From positions 124,001 through 188,000 of the forward strand of contig CBFFRQ010000055.1 in assembly GCA_965644315.1 (NCBI GenBank): 64,000 nt of DNA. Direction: 5' to 3'. Under the pieces are notes generated by a model, which worked only from the letters and a program-made list of their open reading frames with translations, had not been told where the DNA came from and did not search any database. The translations under genes and the position numbers were made by a program. Of the stretch, positions 48,084-57,690 are shown piece by piece. Position 1 is the first letter of the stretch. Each line of letters begins with the position of its first letter. Origin of the DNA: Caecitellus pseudoparvulus. Taxonomy: Eukaryota; Protista; Bigyra: Bicosoecida.

Positions 48084-50848
48084 ATGGCTCAGCAGGCCAG
48101 CGCGCTGCCGGGGCCTCCGATGGGCTTCCTGCGCAGTCGCTCTGGCTCGTTTGATGCCGGCCTTGCTGCAGATGGTGCCCCAATTCCCCTTCTTGAACCC
48201 GAGGTTGCTGAGCTCCAGCCGCAAGCTGGAGCCGCAGTTTGCAGCAAGGATGACGACCCTGTTGAAGCCGCTCAATCCGGCCACAAATGGTGCGGTAGGC
48301 TCCCAGACGTTCAAGGTGTCATAACCCAGCAACCTCCTGAGGTTGAAGAGGGAAACGTCGAGTACAAGTTCGTGCTGAAGCCATCGAGTGCTGGTGAGTG
48401 CCTGCACTTGCGGCAGGAAGCTTCGTGCCTTCTCGCCCAACGCCTATTGTTGCCTTTCACGGGCTTGGGACACGAAATTATGGTCGTATCGACTCCCTTT
48501 GTGTACTGAAGACCTGGGTTTTGCCTTGTATTCTCTGCTCAGCTTTCTCATAGTCGAGTTGGCATCCAAATTCCGCACCACGCCTGCCCTCAGAGCGAGT
48601 TCGCCATTTGACGACCCAGCTAAAGTGGCGAATCAAAAACGGCGGTGACCATGCAATATACATGCTGGGGCTTAGAGGTGCGGCGGCTGTTCTTGGCATC
48701 CACGCAACACCCGGGCTACACTCGACAACTATTGGTGCGACACAGATGATGGTACCCCCGAGGGCATCAGCGACGAGGACATGCTGCACTCCATTCGTGT
48801 GCTTAGGAAGTAAGTGACAAAGTGGGTATGTGGGTTCCTTCGCTTAGGCAGGACGGGGTCCCTTGCTTGCTTCTCACAGAATGGCTGCAGACCTACAGGC
48901 ATCCCTCGGCAGGGTGCAGGTTCTGGAAGGCGCGTCGGGGAAAGTCGCCAGGGTGCGGGTAGAGGTGGAGCCCAACTTGCAAGGTCTCAAGCCTGAAGTT
49001 CGTGTGGCGATGCTTGGTGCAGAAGGCAGCGGAAAGAGCACCTTGTGCGGCGTTCTCACCAACGGAGACGAGGATGACGGAGACGGCGCCGCACGGCTCA
49101 TGGTGTTCAGGCACTCGCATGAAATCGATGATGGGCGCACGAGCAGTGTCAGCACACAGACAATTGGATTTGATGAGGATGGACGACTCGTAAACTATCG
49201 AAGCGAGGACGTGGGCATGGACCTGAGCCCTCGAGAAATTGTGGCAAGATCTGCCAGCACGCTGACGCTGCTGGACCTGGCGGGGCACGAGAAGTACCTC
49301 AAAACCACAGTGATGGGCCTCATGGGTAGCTTGCCCGATGTCGCACTGCTGGTCATTGATGCTGCCTGCGGCGTATCGCAAATGACTAGGGAGCACCTGG
49401 CCGTGGCCATGGCTCTGCACGTGCCAGTGGCTGTGGTGCTGAATAAAGTTGACCGCCTGCAAGGCCCAGCGGAGCGCAGGGTTCTATTCTCTGCCGTGCA
49501 ACGCTTGTTCTCCGCAGCAGGTGGGCACTTTGTGCTGAGCCCCATTGACTCGGAGGCCTCTGCTGTGCGCCTGGCTACCTGCCTGGGCGAGCGATTGCCA
49601 CTAGAGCCAAGCGGAGATCATGCAGCACGGAGGCCTGGCTCAGCTTGCGAGTCTTCAGCTGCAGCTGGAGATTCGAGCGGGCCCTTCCCCAGCACCACTG
49701 CGCCGAGGCACGCTGTGACCGTCCCGGTGATTTTCACCTCCCAAGTGTCTATGCAGGGAATGGACCTCCTTGTGACGTTCTTGGGGCAACTGGCGCCCAG
49801 GAGAGCTAATGAGGACTTTCGAGCCATGCCGGCCTCTGTCCGTATCCTGGATGCATTTGATGTCTCGGGGGTGGGAACTGTTGTCGCGGGCATGGTGTTC
49901 TCGGGTCTCATTCGTGCTGGAGATGCCTTACATTTAGGCCCTGACGGCCTGGGGCGGTTTCAAGAGGTAACAGTGACGAGCATTCACACCAACCGAACGC
50001 CAGTACAGCTCGTTGCAGCCGGCCAATCCGCAGCATTCGCAGTGGTGAAGCGGCCTCACACAGTTGCCCAGCCTTCCGTCCAATCTACCGCCGAGGAGAG
50101 CCCGCAACCCAGCACGCTCCCCAAGACTGCGATCAGACGCGGAATGGTGCTCGTTGAAGCGGACTCTTCAGTCAGCCCTTTTGCCACGTGGGAGTTCGAC
50201 TGCTCCCTCACCGTGCTGAGACACGGCTCACCCATCACACCACGAGTTGCCCCAGTGCTCTACACAGGCACCGTTCGGCAACCAATCCGTTTCGTGTGGA
50301 TGCAGCGCTTTCCTTTGAGGACAGGGGACGTTTGTCGCGTTCGCTGTAGGTTTCAGCACCATCCTGAGTTCTTGCTGCAGGGGCAACCACTCATCTTCTC
50401 ACACAAGCCGTTTGTTGCCATTGGCAGCGTTGACTCAGTGTGCACCAAGGGGGCCACAAATATCGGAAGCGCGGCCAAGGGCAGGCCAAAGAGGTCTGAC
50501 TCCATGGATTCCCTTCACTCTGCCCCAGGCGGCTTGCAAAGCCCAGCTGCTCCGCCCTCCCCAACGCTCACTTGGAACCCCACCTCAACGCCGCCCCCGC
50601 GTGGCTTGAGCAGCGCCGCAGGGGACACGTCAGCAAGGTTAGTGACCGAACAACTCGTGGGGGGTCAAGCATTCTTTCCGGGCTCCAGGGGTCTCGAGGA
50701 CACGGGCGCGAGCTTTGAAGCGAGCGGGGTGCCTGCACAAACCGCACCAGCCATCATCTCTGTGCTTGCTGCTCACGACGTGCAGCATGCGACCCAACCA
50801 AGTGGGCCCCATGATTCAGCAGGTGCGGCCGGAGCACCTGGCTTATAG
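48084..50848 (+). CDS. GTPBP2: GTP-binding protein 2-like translational GTPase (GTPBP1/2 family), three introns
   Basis: Spliced N-terminus PPEVEEGNVEYK...RHLTTQLKWRI...AIYMLG.RDDGTPEG. G1 GAEGSGKST, HEIDDGRTSS, G3 DLAGHEKY and G4 NKVD. EF-Tu-like domains II/III contain VSGVGTVVAG. Confidence 0.9.
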
Positions 50849-52134
50849 CTTTGCGTCAGGTGCTGGCTGGGCTCCGACGGTGCCCACCAACACGTCCGCG
50901 TACCTTGCAGGCCCTCCGAATCCGCCTGCAGGTCGTGCTGAGGCATGCTGGCATTGTGCCGCTGCTGGCTGCTGGGCAGCTTGTCTGCGTGGCCTGATGC
51001 TGCTTTGCTCTGGTTGCCACAAAGGGACGGTCGTGGCATGCAACACCCTTGCCACGTTCCCAGCAACCGGCAGCCCTTCGGAGTCAAAGGACGACAAGGT
51101 AGCTGCCGGCCAAGACACCTCACGCAAGTCACCCCCGTCGCCTTCGGACCCACCCAACCAGCGTATGAGGCCTTCTTGTGCTGTGCTAGCGACGCAAGCA
51201 CCAGTTCGGGTGAACATGCGCCCAAATGCAAGACCGCGCCCATCGACAAGGCGCGGGCTGGACACTTCATGCAGCAGCCACTCCTCTGGTGAGAATGGTT
51301 CGTGAAACCAAATCACGTGATCAAGGCTTGCCATCATCGAAATAGACGGGCTCGGCCAAGTATGAGGCAAGGCTGCCGTTGCCAGCATGGCGAAGTCACT
51401 TGCCAGCGCAGCCACCAGCTGGTGTAAGAAGGCTGCCGTTCGCGGCGGGACGCCAGCCCCGGCAATACGCCCTCGTGGCTGCACCCACAGTAATTGGCAC
51501 GCGCTCTCCGGCTGCGGCATGAGTAGGTCGGAATCCCGTGCGTATCTCACGTCCATGGGGGCCAGCGACTTGAGCTGGGCTTGCAGCCAAGGCCGCAGGT
51601 CTGGCGGCAACCGAGGGTCGGACAGCATGCACCTGAGTCTCCATCTGTCGTCAGGCAAGTGCTCTGGAGCAACAGAGGATGGAATGGAAATTGAGTGCTG
51701 TCTGCGACTTTCACGAGCTGCATCATGGCAGGACACAGATGCACAGAATACCAGCTTGCCATTCTGCTTTGCACGGACTTGTCGAGACGCAAAACTGCGC
51801 CCATCACTCAAGCGCTCGACGTGATACACAATGTCAATGGAGTCATCGCCCGGGCGAAGAAAGTGGCAGTGCATGCTATGAGCCACTTTAGTTCCAGACA
51901 CCGTCAGGAGGGCTGCATGCTGTGCAGGGCAGACAAGGCAGCTGCAAGAGATGGCTGACGTGCTGCGCCCGGCCAGCCTACATCAGGCATTCTCACCAGA
52001 GCCTGGGCGACAATTTGACCACCAAAGACTGCCCTAGCCTTGTGGGGCCTCCACAGGCTGCTGCTCTTTGCAACAAATGTCTCCTGGTCAACTTCTGGCA
52101 TGGCGAGGCACAGCGGAATTTGGTTTCCATCCAT
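50843..52134 (-). CDS. ACOT8: Peroxisomal acyl-CoA thioesterase II (ACOT8/TesB); exons 52134..51997 and 51919..50843
   Basis: AVFGGQIVAQAL|HAALLTV, HSMHCHFLRPG, DGRSFASRQV, ASD, SLDHVIWFH and QEGLIR. It ends in the PTS1 tripeptide AKL-stop. Confidence 0.92.
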
Positions 52135-52872
52135 GGTGAGCAACGCGAGACAGGCAACACCCACGCTCAACATCGACAGCTTGAAGCGTCAATCGTGATA
52201 CTGTTGACAGGTCAAATGAAGCCAGCGCCTCCTCATGGCTCTCCTGGTCTTCCCCTTCCATTCGCTGTGCTGCTGGCCGGGCAGCCATGCTGGCAAACAC
52301 TGCCCGGCACTTCTACCTCACCAGCCAAGTCTGGCCTCGCCAACTCAGGTGACAGGAGGCAAAAAAAGCAGGCACGTGGACGTGGATTTCAGGTGGATTT
52401 TGGCGGTAAGGCAGGCAAGCCTGTCTAGGTCGAGCTGTGCACACAGCTTTGTGCCAGGCTGGACCGCCAACACTTGCGATCGCGACAAACGGCAGAAGAA
52501 ATAACTAAGAGAAACCTTGTGGCGCTGGAGCCTTTCACACAATCATGCACTCCATTCCATGCTGCCAGACTGCACGCAACAAGCATCGCTGTGTGCTCAC
52601 GTGAAGGCCCCAGTGACCGTCGCGCTTGTCCATGAGCGGCAATGCTCCCTGACACGCGGGCGCACAGAAAATCTGCGTGGAACCAAATCACAAACGTACC
52701 GCACGCCTCCGTGGCAACCCCAGCATGCACGCAAAGATTACCCCGAGGAGCCATGCTCTGCCTGTCTGGTAGGCAGTGGGTGCTTGGGTCTGGCCCGCAT
52801 ACTTCCACTGGCCCCACGTAGGGCAGAACACAGTGCAGAAGAGCACAAGCAAAGTATATGTCAAGTTCACAC

Positions 52873-54249
52873 CTACTGGGCTGCTGCCCCTTGCAGAGCA
52901 TGACCCTGCGAAGGCTGCCCCACTTGAGAGTCCAGTAAAGCCCGTGTGCGCGGGATGTCTCCGGCCAGCATGCACCCAAGCAGGTCGCTGAGCCGATCAA
53001 ATGAGCCCCGCACCCGATCGCAAACTTGCACGAACTCGGATCGCTGTGCCTCCGACACATCTGGGAGCTGGTCGCTGGCGCTGGCAGTGTCACTAACTGC
53101 CACAAACTTGGCAACGCAATCCTCCCATGCGCTGCGGACCGCGTGAAGCAGCGCAGAAACTCCTTCGATGTCATCAGGGCCGCTGGACACCGCATCTGTG
53201 TAGTCAATCAATGCGTCTCTTAGTGCGGAAAAGGCCGCCTGCGTTGACTGGGCCCACGACCACCAGCTCGCAAGCTCAGGGGGGGGCACGGGCATGCCGT
53301 CAACTTCCGAGTCACTGCTGCTTCTCCCCACTCGCTCTACCACTGCGATAAAGCTTTGGGTGGTACTTTTCCTTGCACACTCCATGGCCTTGATGAGTGC
53401 CAGCACTTGTTTCAGCCAAGCTCGGAGCCCTTTGAGAGACTGGCCTCCTGCGAAAACCACCAGCGCCTCCAAGGCATCAAGCTCACCTCCCGCCTCATCC
53501 AAGTCATCAGAGAAGCCGTCGGACTCCTCGCCAGCCGACGGTGCCTTGCGCTCCTGACCCTCGCCTTCCTCCGGCACGCATTCCTCGGGCATCTCCCCGG
53601 ACAGCCGGCTCTTCAGCACAGCAAGCACAGCCTCAGCATCAGGTCTGTTGGGAGCTTCTTCATGCAGCTCATCCTGACAGTCCTTGAGCATACGTGCCAG
53701 CTCAAACACGCCTCTGAGAAGGCACCCGCTGTCTGAGCGAGGCAGCTTGGACAGTGCATCCACCCGATCTTTCACAAGCCCGTACGATGCCCCTTTCCAG
53801 GTGCCGGGGCCGACCGCCGCAGCGACACCACTTGCGTCACCCCCGACGTCCTCCAGCACTTTCCCAAGCTGAGCCAAGCAAGACATGACGACCAGAGCCA
53901 CGGCGCGTTGCACTGCATGCCGCATGCTCGGGCCAAAGTAGCGAAGGTACAGTTGTGAGAGGGACACAAGCTTTGCAGCTGCTTCGGTCAACGAAGAGCT
54001 GATGAAGCTCAAACTCTCTGAATCAATTCCGGGCTTCAACACCAGGCCCACTCTCGCTGACTCGTGCAGGAGCTTGCCTGCCTGCTGAAGCAACCCATCC
54101 CGAAGAGCTGGAAAAGGCACGCTTGGGACGGAGGGCGCCGCCTCAACATCCACTGCCGCCAAGAGCTCGGTGAGCTCCGCGATCTTTGGTCCCAAGACTG
54201 TTTCTTCGGCGCTCGAGCCTGCTCCTGCTTTCGCAGAGCCACCTTGCAT
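52873..54249 (-). CDS. GCIP / cyclin-D1-binding protein 1-like helical protein
   Basis: Helical pattern LLHESARVGL, GPSMRHAV and DALSKLPRSD...MLKDCQDELHE, followed by an acidic stretch, as in the GCIP family. ATG at 54249. Confidence 0.65.
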   Translation of the reverse strand: MQGGSAKAGAGSSAEETVLGPKIAELTELLAAVDVEAAPSVPSVPFPALRDGLLQQAGKLLHESARVGLVLKPGIDSESLSFISSSLTEAAAKLVSLSQLYLRYFGPSMRHAVQRAVALVVMSCLAQLGKVLEDVGGDASGVAAAVGPGTWKGASYGLVKDRVDALSKLPRSDSGCLLRGVFELARMLKDCQDELHEEAPNRPDAEAVLAVLKSRLSGEMPEECVPEEGEGQERKAPSAGEESDGFSDDLDEAGGELDALEALVVFAGGQSLKGLRAWLKQVLALIKAMECARKSTTQSFIAVVERVGRSSSDSEVDGMPVPPPELASWWSWAQSTQAAFSALRDALIDYTDAVSSGPDDIEGVSALLHAVRSAWEDCVAKFVAVSDTASASDQLPDVSEAQRSEFVQVCDRVRGSFDRLSDLLGCMLAGDIPRTRALLDSQVGQPSQGHALQGAAAQ

Positions 54250-54955
54250 GGTCGAGGTGTGTCGCGTGCACCAGCTGGTTCGTGTCTCCAAATTCCGCAC
54301 AGGTGTGTGAGGCCAACGGCGCTGTGCTGGCGCTCAGATGTTGCTAGAGGCGTGGATCTTGCGAGTTGAGTACACTTTGGTTGGTGGGTATTTGCCCTTG
54401 CCTCCTGTTGCGACAAAGCTTCCATCGTCCCGGGCTCGTGCTTGAAACAGGCAATGTGTGGTTGCCAGTCAAGGTGCGAAGAGGGGCATGTTCCAAAGCA
54501 GCACGCCAAGACACATAGCTTCTGGGTGGCCAGAGCGTTTGGTGCTCAGAGAATTCGCTGGCGTGTAGTCGATGCAAGGAAAGAGTCATCTCAGCCCTTC
54601 GCCCGTGGCTCCGAACTGGTGCGTTCAGGTGGGGGAATACTTGGTCGGGCAAATCATGCCATGCATGTGGGACGCCAAGGAAAGTACGTATGGCCTCAGA
54701 GAGGTGCCCTGTAGAGGAATTCTTGCCTGCGTTCTGCGGCAGCGACTGCTTTCACTGCGCAACCCCTGAGGTGACTTTCGAACCCCAGGCTCCACTGGTC
54801 TCGGTCATCCCCAGGCAGATGGAACGGGGTCAATTCTCTGTTGGTGCTAATTCCCGTGCACAGCTTCAACAACCATAGAATTATCAGAAGGTCTTGGCCA
54901 TTGATTGCGTGCCCTGTGCGCCTCCCACGCGGGTGGGTGGCGTTTCACCAGAGCC

Positions 54956-57625
54956 ATGAAACTCCGTTGGAGCTGCGTCCTCTTGGGGTGGTACCTCTGG
55001 CTCCACGACCTGGCTGCCTGTGCACAAGGTGGAGCTGAGGCGCACACTCTACGTGTGGCATTGCGATCCATGCAGTCTGAAGCCCCCTTTACCGCCGACG
55101 TGGCCAAAGCACAAGGAGTCGAGCAACGCAAGTGGTTTGAACAAGCGTGCGCTCCCTCTCAGGACATGGCCCACCGACAACTCTGGCTCGATCAGACCGC
55201 CAGAGTCGTCACCTTAGCAGAGCTGCCCACACTTGAAGCTGCCACGTGTCACTTCATGTGGCATCTTGTGCCAATGGTTGCGAACAACAGCGATCCAGAC
55301 AGAGCTGCCGAGGCAATTCAAGCACCTGACGTGTGCTGGAGGACAAAGGCAGCGGAAGTCCAAGAAATGCTGTCATCCGCACATACAGATCTTGCGTATG
55401 GCTTGGGTACGCTGCCTGATGCAGTGGCCATTCCAAGGCGACACCTCACGTCCTTGTCCTCGACCCTCTTGAGAGCAGCCCAGGCCCGTGGCACCACCGG
55501 CCAGCACAGACCCTGTGCTTTCCAAAGGCGCAGCATTGTGTACATTCCGCCTGTGCTCTCAGGTCATCGATGGGCTCAAGTCATGAGTGACAGAGCACAA
55601 GTTCAGCTGACCTCTCACAGATGGAACGCCGCGTTTGGCAGTGAGCGGTCGCACGCTGCAGCTGAATGCCGAAGCCGTGCGTACAGCACGTTACTTCTCG
55701 AGAAGCCTAGTCAAACGCTTGCGGTATGCTACATTGGCGACGATGAAGGCATGTACCCACAGATCACGTCAACTGTGCAAGGCGGTCAATTATACCTTCC
55801 TCCGCTACACTCGGCCCTGATAGAACCACTCCCGCGCACAGATGCGGCCCAAGGCACTTCTGATGTTGAGGTTGTTACTGTTTGGGTTGCGGGTGACGCC
55901 TGGATTGATCCCAAACTTCGCTTGGAGAGCAACAGGCACAAAACCGCGGCAGGTGTGAAAGAGAAGCACAGCACGATAGCACGAGCTCCACATCGCTCAA
56001 GAAGGCGAAAATCGCTCGCGAGAAAGGAGGCCGGTCGTGATTCGTGGAGAGATCAGCTTGCTTGGAGGAAGTGGCACACCGCACTGCTCAGCTGGCGCCC
56101 AGAACTCCAGCTACGCAGCAGGAGCAACCCCTACGTGGCCTGGCAACCGCCCCCTCCAACCCTTTCACAACAAGGGCGAGCGCACATGCTGATCATCGTG
56201 GAAGCGCTACAAGAGCGAGATGTACCCTCTTCTCACTGCCTGTCGAAAGAGCGCGCATTCGAGCGCGCTGCTGCTGGGGACCCAAGCCTTCTTGCCCTCC
56301 TCCAGCAGCCCCTGTGGTGGCCGAGGTGCATGGCCCTCCTCAAGGTAGCCGACGTGCGGGACGGAAGCACAAGTCTCAACTGTGGGACACGACCCCAAGA
56401 AAGGAGCTCATGCATCCAAAGCGTGCATCCTGGAATAGAGTACCTGGTGTCCAGCTCAGTGTCGACCGCACTTGGGCTTTCCCCGCTTCAACGGGCTCCA
56501 TTCTTCCTGGTTGGGTGGAAACCCCGAGAGCCGCACACGTTCACTGGCTTGAAGATATCTCCAGGGCAGTCTCTATTGTTTCCGGGTCGTGTGTCAGTTA
56601 CCGTGAGCTCCCCTGAACTTCCCCTGACGGCGGTCCTTGGCGTACCTCTCGCGAACGGGCAGCCGGTTGCAGACGCACTGTTCAGTATTCCCGGTGGCAT
56701 TGGGCTCATGGACCTCACTCTAGAGCTGACTCAATGCTTCAAGCCATCAGAACTCCGTTTAAGTGCAGCCGTCATCGCTGAGGCAGGCAGCCCGACGTGG
56801 GTCAAGGCACCGCTCCACCTGGAAGATGGTGGTTTCGCCGCACCGAGGCCTCCCCCCCGCGAGAAGCTTGATTGTCCCCCACATGAAGAGCGCGTCCGCC
56901 AAAGAGTAAAACATAACAATGGCCCAGGACCTCTTTTGCCCGGCCACTGGCAGCAGGCGCTGGAGCAAGCCCAGTGGCATGCTTGTGACCGTGTCCTGGG
57001 GCAAACGCACTTGCACGACATTCCCACGTCTCGCGCATGCACTCGCTTGGTACAAGACATGCGCTTAAACACTTTCCGAATCGTACGGAACCTTCCCATC
57101 CAAGCATCTGCAGCACTACAAGGACCGGAACTCGGCCCCCATGCGGTGCTGGACGTTCCAGCTCAGCGCCTGCTCGTATACCCAAAGGGTGTCCATGCTG
57201 CACGCCTCAGCCTCACAGGTAGGGCATTAAAGGGACTGCATCATGTCAACCGTGGGCGGTCCCTTAGTGGCGTCCTCGTCAGCGCAGTTCCGCAGCACGC
57301 CAACCGCGGCCTTGCACAGTTGCAGAGGCAGCCAGTGAATGACCACCACTGGCCAGGCTCCCTCCTGTTGGTTGTGCGGTCACGCACCATAAGCTTGGAG
57401 CATCAAGTACATGCTGCTGCATCCGAAGATGCCGCTGGCATCATCATCATTGACGCCTCGCATGACTGTGACGGAGGCTTCGACACAACCTGCCTTCGAG
57501 GGTGGGACCCATCCACTTGGTCAAACACGTCCAAAACCTTACCAGCTTTGTTGCTGTCGGCACGCGAAGGGGCTCTCTTGCTGCTCACACTTGGGCACTC
57601 TACGACAGTGCCAAAGTACGTATAG
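54956..57625 (+). CDS. Putative secreted protein with C-terminal PA (protease-associated)-like domain
   Basis: Signal-peptide-like MKLRWSCVLLGWYLWLHDLAACAQG. The C-terminal GSLLLVVRSRTISLEHQVHAAASEDAAGIIIID...LPALLLSAREG fits the PA consensus. Confidence 0.6.
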   Translation: MKLRWSCVLLGWYLWLHDLAACAQGGAEAHTLRVALRSMQSEAPFTADVAKAQGVEQRKWFEQACAPSQDMAHRQLWLDQTARVVTLAELPTLEAATCHFMWHLVPMVANNSDPDRAAEAIQAPDVCWRTKAAEVQEMLSSAHTDLAYGLGTLPDAVAIPRRHLTSLSSTLLRAAQARGTTGQHRPCAFQRRSIVYIPPVLSGHRWAQVMSDRAQVQLTSHRWNAAFGSERSHAAAECRSRAYSTLLLEKPSQTLAVCYIGDDEGMYPQITSTVQGGQLYLPPLHSALIEPLPRTDAAQGTSDVEVVTVWVAGDAWIDPKLRLESNRHKTAAGVKEKHSTIARAPHRSRRRKSLARKEAGRDSWRDQLAWRKWHTALLSWRPELQLRSRSNPYVAWQPPPPTLSQQGRAHMLIIVEALQERDVPSSHCLSKERAFERAAAGDPSLLALLQQPLWWPRCMALLKVADVRDGSTSLNCGTRPQERSSCIQSVHPGIEYLVSSSVSTALGLSPLQRAPFFLVGWKPREPHTFTGLKISPGQSLLFPGRVSVTVSSPELPLTAVLGVPLANGQPVADALFSIPGGIGLMDLTLELTQCFKPSELRLSAAVIAEAGSPTWVKAPLHLEDGGFAAPRPPPREKLDCPPHEERVRQRVKHNNGPGPLLPGHWQQALEQAQWHACDRVLGQTHLHDIPTSRACTRLVQDMRLNTFRIVRNLPIQASAALQGPELGPHAVLDVPAQRLLVYPKGVHAARLSLTGRALKGLHHVNRGRSLSGVLVSAVPQHANRGLAQLQRQPVNDHHWPGSLLLVVRSRTISLEHQVHAAASEDAAGIIIIDASHDCDGGFDTTCLRGWDPSTWSNTSKTLPALLLSAREGALLLLTLGHSTTVPKYV

Positions 57626-57690
57626 GCACCACAACAGAGTGCGGAGGAATCCGTTTCGTTGAATTCAGTCCTAGCGCAGAAGGGGCCGCG

